Below, one piece after another: positions 37,963-47,656 of a DNA stretch of 64,000 nt; positions within the stretch are counted from its first letter, which is position 1, and each line of letters opens with the position of its first letter. Source of the stretch: an uncultured Gammaproteobacteria bacterium. GTDB lineage: Bacteria; Patescibacteriota; Patescibacteriia; S139-126. The position numbers and the translations under genes are program-made. The notes beneath the pieces were generated by a model that did not search any database, had not been told where the DNA came from, and saw nothing but the letters and a program-made list of their open reading frames with translations. The stretch spans positions 384,037-448,036 of the forward strand of contig CAZBLW010000001.1 in the NCBI GenBank assembly GCA_964493305.1, in the 5' to 3' direction.

Positions 37963-39084
37963 ATGCCAGATAATGAATCAATTTTAGAAAAAGTCATTGC
38001 CACTCAAATTAAGGAGGAAAAAGAGGTGTTTAACCCCAAGTTAATTGTGGAAAAATTAGCTGCTGGTTTACCTGATCGAGAAAAAAATGTTATTTATTTA
38101 CGTCATGGTCTCCAGGAGAATTCTGATAAATATACCTTGGAAGACATAGGTAAAATTTATAATATCACCAGAGAAAGGGTCAGACAGATTGAAGTTTCTA
38201 CAATTAAACTGATGAAAAAAAATTTAAAGGCTAACAATGACCTAAATCAATCTTTGTCAGTAGTAGAACAAATTATTAAAGATAGTGGCGGAGTTATTGA
38301 AAATAGTGAGTTAATTGACTTAGTTAAAGGTTCAATTTTAGAAAAAATCGAAACTAATTTTGTAGTTTTTTTCCTGGAGTTAATAAAAGACCAGTTTTTA
38401 CAAGTTAAAGATACTAAAAATATTAAAGCTGGCTGGCAGTTGCCTGGTTTTAATTTAGAAATATTGGAAAATATAATCAGTCAAACCGAAGAAATTGTCA
38501 AAAAAGCTGATAAATTATTTTCTGCTCACGAACTTTGGTTGGCTTTTAAAAATGGTGTTGATATTAAACAGTGGCCTCTAGATTTAAGTGAAGAAATATT
38601 TTTATCTTTTATCAGATTGTCTAAAAAGTTAAAAGTGAATCCTTTCAATGATTGGGGACTTAAACATTGGAATTTGATCACCCCCCGGAGAATGAATGAT
38701 AAAATATATTTAGTTTTGAAACACAATGAGCATCCTTTACACTTTAGAGAGATTGCCAAAAAAATAAATGAAGCCAACTTTGATGGTAAAAAAGCTCACG
38801 CAGCAACAATTCACAATGAACTAATTTTAGACCATAACCGTTACGTACTAATCGGCAGGGGAATTTATGCTCTTAAGGAATGGGGTTATAAACCTGGTGT
38901 AGTAGCAGATGTGATCGAAGATATAATTAAACAATCTGACCAACCCCTTAATAAAAATGAAATAATTGCAGAAGTTTTAAAGAAAAGATTGGTCAAAGAT
39001 AGTACTATTGTTTTGGCTTTAATGAATAAAAAAAGATTTACCAAAAATCATGATGGCACTTATAAATTAGCACAGGATCAATAA
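37963..39084 (+). CDS. Sigma70 region-4 HTH plus HARE-HTH (RNAP delta-like) domain protein
   Basis: TLEDIGKIYNITRERVRQIE; PLHFREIA...TIHNELI...GRGIYAL..WG. Confidence 0.8.
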   Translation: MPDNESILEKVIATQIKEEKEVFNPKLIVEKLAAGLPDREKNVIYLRHGLQENSDKYTLEDIGKIYNITRERVRQIEVSTIKLMKKNLKANNDLNQSLSVVEQIIKDSGGVIENSELIDLVKGSILEKIETNFVVFFLELIKDQFLQVKDTKNIKAGWQLPGFNLEILENIISQTEEIVKKADKLFSAHELWLAFKNGVDIKQWPLDLSEEIFLSFIRLSKKLKVNPFNDWGLKHWNLITPRRMNDKIYLVLKHNEHPLHFREIAKKINEANFDGKKAHAATIHNELILDHNRYVLIGRGIYALKEWGYKPGVVADVIEDIIKQSDQPLNKNEIIAEVLKKRLVKDSTIVLALMNKKRFTKNHDGTYKLAQDQ

Positions 39085-39086
39085 CT

Positions 39087-40607
39087 ATGGTGATTGACCT
39101 ATCATTTTTAAATTTAAATCCCAAAATGATTTACTGGATGGTATTAGTGGTGCTGAGTATCTTGGCTCTATTTTTTTTGTATTTTATTTTTAAATTCTTT
39201 ATTCAATTTTTTTGGTTACCAGCCAGAAAAGCCAAATATTTACAAGCAACTAAGTTTATCTTGTTGGCAATTGACATTCCCAAAAACAACGAACAGTCAC
39301 CCAAGGCGGTTGAGCAAGTTTTTGCCACTCTAGCTGGTACATTAAGCGGACCAAATTTATACGAAAGGTATTGGTTAGGCAATCACCAGTTATCATTTAG
39401 TTTGGAATTGGTCAGTCTGGAAGGCTATATCCAGTATATAATTCATTCTCCGGAAAAATATCGTGATGTAGTGGAAGCAGCTTTTTTTGCACAATATCCT
39501 GATGCAGAGATTATGGAAATTCCTGATTATGTGAAAAATTTTCCAGATGATTTTCCCAACGATACTTATGATTTATGGGGGACAGATCTAAAATTGGGCA
39601 ATAAAAATCCTTATCCGATTAGAACCTATCCCAGATTTGAACATACATTATCACAAGAAATAAAAGATCCTTTAGCTTCGTTGTTGGAAGTAATGTCACA
39701 CTTGAGACGGGGTGAATACGCCTGTTTACAATGGGTTATTACCCCCACTGGAGATAGTTGGAAATTACAATGTGAAAAAGAGGTAAAAAAAATAATCGGC
39801 GAAAAAGCCCCAGAAAAAAAAGATATTGGCTATTATATGACTTATCCGTTTTTATCTTTTATGAAATTTTTAGGTGATACCTTGGTTGTAAATGCTGAAG
39901 GTACCGCTGATAATCAGGCAAAGCGTGAGGATGCACCCAATAAAATGTTGTATTTAACCAGTGGACAAAGAGATGTTCTGCAAGGCATTGAAGAAAAGAT
40001 GTCAAAAATAGGTTTTTTAGCCAAGGGACGGTTTGTTTATTTGTCACGACGTGAATTATTTGATAAAAACCGAGGCGTAGCACCAATTATGGGTGGTTTA
40101 AATCAGTTCAATACTCTAAATATGAATTATTTTACCAAAGTGAAAACTACCACTACTACCGCAGATTATTGGCGTGTTGAAAAAAGAATCGCCAAAAAAC
40201 AAACTAAGATAATCAAAGCTTATAAACAGAGAATTGGTGATAGTAAATTTGGCAACAATCCTTTTGTATTGAATATTGAGGAATTAGCTACGGTTTATCA
40301 TTTTCCCGCTATGACCGTAAAAGCACCCTTAGTGAAAAAGGTAGAAAGTAAACGTTCCGAGCCCCCCGCTGCTTTGCCAGTTGATTTTTCTGCAGTAGAA
40401 GCAGATGAAGTCACAGTAGTTTTACCAGCTGAGAAGACTGAGAAAAAAAATGCAGAACCGATTAAAAATGATTCTGCTATGAATGATATTGTAGAAGTAC
40501 AAGTCGTAACTGGAGCTGATCATAAAATTTCTTCTCAGGAAGAAGTTTCTTTGCCCGTTGATGAGCAAGTCAGCAAAGGTCAACCACCAACTAACTTGCC
40601 ATTTTAA
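39087..40607 (+). CDS. Conserved membrane-anchored hypothetical protein, partner of the downstream ATPase
   Basis: N-terminal TM; SPKAVEQ, YPDAEI, YPIRTY, LNIEELATVYHFP. Confidence 0.65.
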   Translation: MVIDLSFLNLNPKMIYWMVLVVLSILALFFLYFIFKFFIQFFWLPARKAKYLQATKFILLAIDIPKNNEQSPKAVEQVFATLAGTLSGPNLYERYWLGNHQLSFSLELVSLEGYIQYIIHSPEKYRDVVEAAFFAQYPDAEIMEIPDYVKNFPDDFPNDTYDLWGTDLKLGNKNPYPIRTYPRFEHTLSQEIKDPLASLLEVMSHLRRGEYACLQWVITPTGDSWKLQCEKEVKKIIGEKAPEKKDIGYYMTYPFLSFMKFLGDTLVVNAEGTADNQAKREDAPNKMLYLTSGQRDVLQGIEEKMSKIGFLAKGRFVYLSRRELFDKNRGVAPIMGGLNQFNTLNMNYFTKVKTTTTTADYWRVEKRIAKKQTKIIKAYKQRIGDSKFGNNPFVLNIEELATVYHFPAMTVKAPLVKKVESKRSEPPAALPVDFSAVEADEVTVVLPAEKTEKKNAEPIKNDSAMNDIVEVQVVTGADHKISSQEEVSLPVDEQVSKGQPPTNLPF

Positions 40608-40610
40608 TTT

Positions 40611-42419
40611 ATGAAATTTAATCCCGAAGTAACCTATTTTGGAAAAACAAATTTTCGTAACCAAACACGAGAGTTTGGTATTAAGCGTGACGATCGCAGG
40701 CGTCATATGTATGTGATTGGGAAAACTGGTATGGGCAAATCAGAGATGTTAAAAAACATGGCCATTCAAGACATTAACAACGGTAACGGTCTGGCAGTAG
40801 TTGATCCACATGGAGAATTGGTTGAAGATTTATTAAACGCTATACCAGCCCAGCGGATAAATGATGTAGTTTATTTTAATCCAGCTGATGTTGATTATCC
40901 CTTGGCTTTCAATATTTTAGAATCAATTGATGAGCCACATCAGAAAAATTTAGTGGCCTCAGGTTTGATTGGTATTTTCAAAAAATTATGGGCTGATTCT
41001 TGGGGGCCACGTTTGGAATACCTATTACGCAATGCCATTTTGGCATTACTTGATTATCCGGGAGCTACTTTGTTGGGAGTGACAAGAATTTTGGTAGATA
41101 AAGATTATCGTAAAAAAGTTGTAATGAAAATTAAAGATCCGGTGGTGAAAAGTTTTTGGACTCAAGAGTATCCCAAATACAACCAACAGTTCCAGGTTGA
41201 GGCTATTTCGCCAATCCAAAATAAAGTTGGACAATTTTTATCTCTATCTTTAATAAGAAATATTGTTGGACAAGTAAAATCAACTATTGATTTACGTGAA
41301 ATTATGGATAATAAAAAGATTTTATTGTTAAATTTATCTAAAGGTAGAATTGGTGAAGATGCCTCGGCATTATTGGGCGCGATGATGATAACAAAAATTC
41401 AAATGGCAGCCATGGCCAGAGTTGATATTCCTGAGAATCAACGTAAAGATTTTTATCTTTATGTAGATGAATTTCAAAATTTTGTTACTAATTCATTTGC
41501 TGATATTTTATCAGAAGCGAGAAAATATAGATTAAATTTAATAATCGCCCACCAATATATTGCTCAGCTGGTGACCAGTGATTCAACTCGAGTAAGGGAT
41601 GCTGTATTTGGTAATGTCGGTACTTTAGTGACTTTTCGCGTCGGCGCAGATGATGCTGAATTTTTGGCCAAAGAATTTACTCCTACTTTTGATGAAACTG
41701 ATTTAGTAAATTTAGCTAAATACGATGTTTATTTGAAACTGATGATTGATGGTATTGCTTCCACTCCATTTTCGGCAACTACTTTACCCCCGTTGCCTAA
41801 AGACCAAATGAATGAAGATAAAATTATTAAAGTTACCAGAGAAAGATACGCCACCAAACGAGAAATTATTGAAGATAAAATTGCTCGTTGGGCAGGATTT
41901 GGTGATGAAGAAGAACCTGTTGAAAAAAAAGTACCTATAGAGAAAGAACGTGAACCTAAAAAGAAATTAGTTAAAACTGTGGACACTACATCTATTCAAA
42001 CTTATCCGGCCATTTGTAGTAATTGTCAAAAACCAATTAATCTAAAATTCAAACCAGATGGTATTAGACCGGTTTTTTGTCCTGACTGTTTAAAGTTGTA
42101 TAAACAACAAAAAATTTCCTTACCGAAAAACAATCAACCTTATAAAGAAGGTGATATAAAAAACTCTCAGTTAGTTAAAGCTGCTTTTACGCCAGTAAAA
42201 AATAAACCCAACAAAGAAATAATCATTGAGGAAGTTATTAAAGACACTCCAGCAGAAATTTCCTTGGCTGAAGCATTGGGTAAACTACAAATAAGTGAAA
42301 AAGTAGTAAATCCAAAAAAAACAAAAGATAACTCTACTGATTTTAAAGTAGCAGCTGATAAGATTAAACCCCAAACTAATAAACAGACTTTACAACCAGG
42401 TCAAAAAATAAAATTTTAA
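40611..42419 (+). CDS. VirD4/TraD/HerA-like P-loop ATPase with C-terminal CxxC-x17-CxxC domain
   Basis: GKTGMGKS, DPHGE, YVDEFQNF, SEARKY, AHQY; CSNC...CPDC. Confidence 0.85.
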   Translation: MKFNPEVTYFGKTNFRNQTREFGIKRDDRRRHMYVIGKTGMGKSEMLKNMAIQDINNGNGLAVVDPHGELVEDLLNAIPAQRINDVVYFNPADVDYPLAFNILESIDEPHQKNLVASGLIGIFKKLWADSWGPRLEYLLRNAILALLDYPGATLLGVTRILVDKDYRKKVVMKIKDPVVKSFWTQEYPKYNQQFQVEAISPIQNKVGQFLSLSLIRNIVGQVKSTIDLREIMDNKKILLLNLSKGRIGEDASALLGAMMITKIQMAAMARVDIPENQRKDFYLYVDEFQNFVTNSFADILSEARKYRLNLIIAHQYIAQLVTSDSTRVRDAVFGNVGTLVTFRVGADDAEFLAKEFTPTFDETDLVNLAKYDVYLKLMIDGIASTPFSATTLPPLPKDQMNEDKIIKVTRERYATKREIIEDKIARWAGFGDEEEPVEKKVPIEKEREPKKKLVKTVDTTSIQTYPAICSNCQKPINLKFKPDGIRPVFCPDCLKLYKQQKISLPKNNQPYKEGDIKNSQLVKAAFTPVKNKPNKEIIIEEVIKDTPAEISLAEALGKLQISEKVVNPKKTKDNSTDFKVAADKIKPQTNKQTLQPGQKIKF

Positions 42420-42422
42420 ATT

Positions 42423-43352
42423 ATGCACCAACTTACTAAACAGACCATAGCCGATATAAAAAATTTAAAAATCCAAGGAGCTACCAATGTAGTCTTAGCT
42501 ATAATCACCACTTTGGATAAATTGATAAAAGAAGTATCTTTTGAAAATTTTTTAGTACTAAAAAAATTTATTTTAGCTGAAACTTGGTTATTGGTTACTG
42601 CTCGACCAACCGAACCGTATGCTCAGAATTTGTACTATTTTTTGAATAAGAATATAAAAAATTTTAATCAACCAAAGGATAATAAAAAATTTAAAAGTAG
42701 TTTAAAAAAGTGGTTACAAGATTACCAAAATTATATTTTAAAAAACGATCTTAAAATTATAAGGTATGGCGTAAAAACATTGCGTCCCTATAAAAATATA
42801 TTAACTCATTGCCATTCTTCTACAGTGGTAAAAATAATCAAGTCGCTCCACCACACCAACAAAAAAATCCATGTGTTTGCAGATGAGACCAGGCCACTTT
42901 TTCAAGGTAGAGTGACTGCGAAAGAGTTACATCAGGCCGGTATCAAGGTAACTCAAATAGCTGATAGTGCAAGTGGTTTTTTGATTTCATCATTCTCAGG
43001 TCGGGATTTAATGATGGAGGCAATAGTGGTCGGAGCTGATGCAATCAAAACTAATGGCAGTATTATCAATAAAATTGGTACTTATGATATTGCTGCCAGT
43101 GCTTTTTTGAATAAAATACCTTTTTACGTAGCGACTAGTCTCTTGAAATTTGATTTTAAAAATCAAGTAAAAATCGAACAAAGATCTGATCGTGAACTAT
43201 GGCCAAATAAACCTGCCAATTTAAATATTCTTAATTTTGCTTTTGATTATGTACCGGCCCAGTTTATTACTGGTTTAATTACTGAGGTAGGTACTGTCAA
43301 ACCTAAGCAAGTCAAATCTTTGGTAAACAAACATTACCCATGGCTAAAATAA
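42423..43352 (+). CDS. Ribose-1,5-bisphosphate isomerase (eIF-2B family)
   Basis: IQGA, ARPTEP, THCHSS, ETRPLFQG, VGAD, NKIGT; operonic with RuBisCO and AMP phosphorylase. Confidence 0.85.
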   Translation: MHQLTKQTIADIKNLKIQGATNVVLAIITTLDKLIKEVSFENFLVLKKFILAETWLLVTARPTEPYAQNLYYFLNKNIKNFNQPKDNKKFKSSLKKWLQDYQNYILKNDLKIIRYGVKTLRPYKNILTHCHSSTVVKIIKSLHHTNKKIHVFADETRPLFQGRVTAKELHQAGIKVTQIADSASGFLISSFSGRDLMMEAIVVGADAIKTNGSIINKIGTYDIAASAFLNKIPFYVATSLLKFDFKNQVKIEQRSDRELWPNKPANLNILNFAFDYVPAQFITGLITEVGTVKPKQVKSLVNKHYPWLK

Positions 43353-43957
43353 AAGATGATATCCAGTATGTAGTCTTTGATATTTATGGGGTAATCATAA
43401 CTGCTGGCCACAATATTAGGGATATATTATTTCCGATATTTCCTAAACACAAAAGTCATCGTTTTAGTCGTCGTATCTATCACTATTATGCAGAAAATAA
43501 ACTAAAACGAGCCAACTTTTGGTCACTACTGGGAAATTTTGATAGTTCTTTGGAAAATAAATTTTATGAACGACATCGTTTGGATAAAGATTTTTATCAA
43601 GTTATTGAGCAGTTAAAAAAGCAAAGTAAAAAATTGTATATTTTATCCAATATTCCTCAGGAATGGTCAGAATATTTAAATAAAAAGTTTAAGTTTGATA
43701 AGTATTTTTCTGGTACTGTTTTTTCTTGGCAAGTTGGTAAACGTAAGCCCGATCCAAAAATTTTTAACTATTTAGTTAAAAAATATACTTTACCAGTAGG
43801 TAAAACTTTGTTTATTGATGATAATATTGATAATATTAGAATGGCTAAACGTTTGGGTTTTAGGACTTGTTGGTTCAATCGAGATAAGATCGACCTTAAA
43901 CCCACTAGTGCCGATTTTATAATCAATGAATTAAAAAAATTAATAGAAATTATATGA
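43340..43957 (+). CDS. HAD-IA family phosphatase
   Basis: FDIYGV, ILSN, KPDPKIF, FIDD..DN. Confidence 0.85.
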   Translation: MAKIKDDIQYVVFDIYGVIITAGHNIRDILFPIFPKHKSHRFSRRIYHYYAENKLKRANFWSLLGNFDSSLENKFYERHRLDKDFYQVIEQLKKQSKKLYILSNIPQEWSEYLNKKFKFDKYFSGTVFSWQVGKRKPDPKIFNYLVKKYTLPVGKTLFIDDNIDNIRMAKRLGFRTCWFNRDKIDLKPTSADFIINELKKLIEII

Positions 43958-45246
43958 AAAAATTTACCACTTCATATCAGGGTTTTATAGATCAAAAATA
44001 CAAACCCAATTTAGACAAAGAATTTTTAGTTACTTATCATGTTAAACCTACTCCGGGGCAAACATTTGAAACGGTTGCCGAGGCCATAGCTGGTGAATCA
44101 TCAATAGGTACTTGGACTCATTTGGAAACTCTCTCGGTTGCTACTAAAACAAAATTAACACCTCATGTCTATGTAGTTGATAAAAATCGTGGTTTTATAA
44201 AAATTGCTTATCCTTTAGCATTGTCTGAAATTGGTAATCTACCCCAGTTATTGTCCTTTTTAGGTGGTAATATATTTAGCATGAAAATAGTCGACCGTTT
44301 ACGTTTGGAAGATATTGAGTTTCCCAAAAAATATATTAATGCTTGCTTAGGTCCTTATCATGGCATAGCCGGTATCAGAAAAATAATGAATGTTAAACAA
44401 AGAGCCTTAGTTGGCAGTATAATCAAGCCCAAAGTTGGTTTGGATGTAACTGAAACCGCTGCGGTTGCTTATGAAACCTGGCGGGGTGGGGTAGATGTAA
44501 TTAAAGATGATGAAAATTTAACTTCACTGGTTTTCAATAATTTTAATGATCGCGTTGATCAATTAATAGCTACTAGAAAAAAGGTTGAAAAAGAAACTGG
44601 CGAAAAAAAAGTTTTTGTTTTCAATATAACCGCTCCTTATGATGTTGCGCTACAAAGAGCTCGTTATGTAAAAAAAAGAGGAGGACGAGTGGTTATGGTT
44701 GATATTGTCGCTATGGGTTGGTCAGCTATTCAAACCATCAGAAAACAAAATTTAGGCCTAATCTTACATGGTCACCGGGCGGGACATAGTATGTTTACCA
44801 AAGATCCTAGTCACGGGATGAGTATGTTGGTGCTGGCAAAGTTATCCAGACTTGCCGGTATTGATCAATTACATACCGGTACAGTGGTTGGTAAAATGGA
44901 AGGCACGGCTCATGAGGTTGATTCTTTGAATGATTTTTTGCGAGAGGATGGCGGAGAAATTGATTATTTAAGAGAGAATTGGTCAAAATTAAAACCAGTA
45001 ATGCCAATTGCCTCAGGCGGGCTACATCCCGGCTTGGCCGCGGAACTGATAAAAATTTTGGGTCGTAATTTAATTATTAATTTCGGTGGTGGTATTCATG
45101 GTCATCCCAACGGTTCTTTTGCTGGTGCTGTTGCTGCTCGTGACGCGGTTGAAGCAGCTTCTCTGGGAGCAAATTTACATACCTATGCCAAAAATAGACC
45201 AGAGTTAAAAACAGCTCTTGAGTATTGGTCTAATGTAAAAAATTAA
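43954..45246 (+). CDS. rbcL: RuBisCO large subunit, form III-type
   Basis: AGESSIGTW, GNIF, IIKPKVG, KDDE, HGHRAGH, LHTGT, GKMEG, ASGGLHP, GGGIHGHP. Confidence 0.93.
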   Translation: MKKFTTSYQGFIDQKYKPNLDKEFLVTYHVKPTPGQTFETVAEAIAGESSIGTWTHLETLSVATKTKLTPHVYVVDKNRGFIKIAYPLALSEIGNLPQLLSFLGGNIFSMKIVDRLRLEDIEFPKKYINACLGPYHGIAGIRKIMNVKQRALVGSIIKPKVGLDVTETAAVAYETWRGGVDVIKDDENLTSLVFNNFNDRVDQLIATRKKVEKETGEKKVFVFNITAPYDVALQRARYVKKRGGRVVMVDIVAMGWSAIQTIRKQNLGLILHGHRAGHSMFTKDPSHGMSMLVLAKLSRLAGIDQLHTGTVVGKMEGTAHEVDSLNDFLREDGGEIDYLRENWSKLKPVMPIASGGLHPGLAAELIKILGRNLIINFGGGIHGHPNGSFAGAVAARDAVEAASLGANLHTYAKNRPELKTALEYWSNVKN

Positions 45247-45258
45247 TAATTAATAAAA

Positions 45259-46758
45259 ATGTCCTTTTTCTTAAAATCAAAAAAATTGGATTTTTCCACG
45301 GGAAATGAACCGGTGGTAGTCATAAACGATCAAGAAGCCGAATTTTATGGGGTAATAGCCGGTGATAGAATTCAGTTGACTTGGGATAAGCGTACCAAAA
45401 GAATTGCTGAAGTCAGAACAACTACCAGTAAAGTTAAACCAGGGGAGTTGGGTTTGTTTAAAGAGTTATGGAATAAAAAAGATGTACCAGCCAATGGTGA
45501 TATAGTTGAGGTGGAAATTGTTTCCCGACCACCGTCAATTCAAGCCATTAGAAAAAAGTTATTTGGCAAAAAATTGAACTATGAAGAAATTTACTCAATT
45601 ATCAAGGACATAGTTGATGATCGTTTATCTGAAATCGAGACGACTTACTATGTAGCTTCTAGCTATTTGCGTGATTATACTTTAAACGAACTTTATTACA
45701 CTTCCAAAGCAGTAGCTGAGACTGGCGAAATGCTCAATTTAAATGTACCGGCAGTTGATAAACACTCAGTTGGAGGGTTACCGGGAAATCGAACTACTAT
45801 GGTAGTTGTGCCAATAGTTTCTTCATTGGGATTATATATACCCAAAACATCTAGTCGGGCAATTACTTCACCTTCTGGTACAGCGGATACCATGGAAGTT
45901 TTAGCACCAGTAACCTTTACCATGTCGGAGATTAAGAAAATTGTAAAAAAAGTTAATGCTTGTATGGTATGGGGTGGAGGGGTCAATTTAGCGCCTGCTG
46001 ATGATAAAATTGTCCGTCTTACCAGGCCATTAGGAATCGAACCATATGATAAAATGATTGTTTCTATTATGGCTAAAAAGGTAGCCATGGGTGTTGATTA
46101 TTTGGTACTTGATTTACCGATTGGTCCCACTACAAAAATTCCGCAAAAAAAATTTGCAGATGAGATTGAAAAAAAATTTATGTTTTTAGGAAAAAAATTT
46201 GGTATGAAGGTTAAGGTTATTAGGACGCCATCTTTTGAACCAGTGGGTAGAGGTATAGGTCCAGCTCTTGAGGCTAGGGATGTATTGCGAGTTTTGCAAC
46301 AAAAAGAATTGCGACCGATTGATTTGGAAAAAAAGGCTATTAGATTGTCAGGTTATTTATTGGAATTAGCTGGTTACTGTAAGGTTGGTCAAGGTGCTGC
46401 CATAGCTCAACGTCAATTAATTAGTGGCGAGGCAGATAAACAGATGAAAAAGATAATATCGGCTCAAGGAGGTAAGGCAGATATTGATTCCGATGAGGTA
46501 GCTTTGGGCGCTTTAAATTATGAAATTCATGCTAAGAAGAGCGGTCAGATTAATTTTATAAACAACCGTGCCATCAATGAAATTTGTGTAAATCTAGGAG
46601 CACCAGGTGATAAGATTGCCGGTATTCATATGCATGTTCATTATCTTGACAAAGTAAGAGTGAAAGATAAACTTTTTACTCTTTATGCTCAGAGTCAAGA
46701 TCGTATCAAGCTAGCGCTCAAAGCTTTAGAAAAAAACGTAATTGTTGAAATTAAATAA
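45259..46758 (+). CDS. AMP phosphorylase (thymidine phosphorylase family, long form)
   Basis: DKHSVGGLPGNRTT, PKTSSRAITSPSGTADTME, GRGIGPALEA. Confidence 0.9.
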   Translation: MSFFLKSKKLDFSTGNEPVVVINDQEAEFYGVIAGDRIQLTWDKRTKRIAEVRTTTSKVKPGELGLFKELWNKKDVPANGDIVEVEIVSRPPSIQAIRKKLFGKKLNYEEIYSIIKDIVDDRLSEIETTYYVASSYLRDYTLNELYYTSKAVAETGEMLNLNVPAVDKHSVGGLPGNRTTMVVVPIVSSLGLYIPKTSSRAITSPSGTADTMEVLAPVTFTMSEIKKIVKKVNACMVWGGGVNLAPADDKIVRLTRPLGIEPYDKMIVSIMAKKVAMGVDYLVLDLPIGPTTKIPQKKFADEIEKKFMFLGKKFGMKVKVIRTPSFEPVGRGIGPALEARDVLRVLQQKELRPIDLEKKAIRLSGYLLELAGYCKVGQGAAIAQRQLISGEADKQMKKIISAQGGKADIDSDEVALGALNYEIHAKKSGQINFINNRAINEICVNLGAPGDKIAGIHMHVHYLDKVRVKDKLFTLYAQSQDRIKLALKALEKNVIVEIK

Positions 46759-46844
46759 AATTTGACTATTTAAATTTATCTATCAATCGTATGGTGAGTT
46801 TATTTTTTAAAAATTAAAAATTACAAAATTAAAAATTTTAATAT

Positions 46845-47648
46845 ATGTGGTGGCAAACAGCAATTTTAGGTATTGTTCAGGGTTTAACAGAATTTTTACC
46901 TATCTCTTCATCTGGACATTTATTGTTGTTGGAAAAATTTACTAAACTACCTGATTTCGGTTTGACTTTTGATGCTTTTTTACACCTGGGTACTTTGTTG
47001 GCAGTAATAATTTATTTTCGTCAAGATATTTATTTATTGATAAAAGCTTTATTTGATCGGCAAGATCAGATTAATAAGCGGTTTATTGGCATTATATTAA
47101 TTAGCATAGTTCCGGCTGGTTTGGTTGGTTATTTGTTAAAAGATATAATTAGTGAAGATTTAAGATTACCAGGTTTGGTTTTATTTAATTTAATATTTTG
47201 GGCACTGGTAATGTGGTGGGCAGATAATTATATTGAGAAACAAAAAGTTAGCTTAAATGATTTAAAAAAAATATCTTGGAAACAAGGTTTAATTATTGGC
47301 TTAGCTCAAGTCTTAAGTTTATTACCCGGTACTTCACGTAGCGGTATCACCATAACCGCAGGTTTATTTCAATCTTTATCTCGACAAGTCGCAGCTCGTT
47401 TTAGTTTTATTATGAGTATTCCTTTGATTGCTGCCGCTGGTTTTTTAAATTTAATTACTTTAATTAATCAGCCAGAAGATATAGTAATAACCAATTTAAT
47501 TGTCGGTTTTTTAGCCAGTTTTATCACTGGTTTTTTGGCGATAGCTTGGTTACTAAAAATATTAGCTACTAAAAATTTAAAAATATTTGTCTGGTACAGA
47601 TTGTTTTTAGGATTAGTTTTGTTTATTTTTGTATATTTACTTAAGTAG
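46845..47648 (+). CDS. uppP: Undecaprenyl-diphosphate phosphatase
   Basis: QGLTEFLPISSSGH, PGTSRSG, ARFSF. Confidence 0.96.
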   Translation: MWWQTAILGIVQGLTEFLPISSSGHLLLLEKFTKLPDFGLTFDAFLHLGTLLAVIIYFRQDIYLLIKALFDRQDQINKRFIGIILISIVPAGLVGYLLKDIISEDLRLPGLVLFNLIFWALVMWWADNYIEKQKVSLNDLKKISWKQGLIIGLAQVLSLLPGTSRSGITITAGLFQSLSRQVAARFSFIMSIPLIAAAGFLNLITLINQPEDIVITNLIVGFLASFITGFLAIAWLLKILATKNLKIFVWYRLFLGLVLFIFVYLLK

Positions 47649-47656
47649 TTTTAATC

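Noticed and set aside
40611-42419. Conjugative element or ICE
   Set aside because: No relaxase, VirB-type genes or integrase; the gene is embedded among housekeeping genes.
43954-45246. Calvin-cycle autotrophy
   Set aside because: No phosphoribulokinase or small subunit in the window; the context is the AMP salvage pathway.
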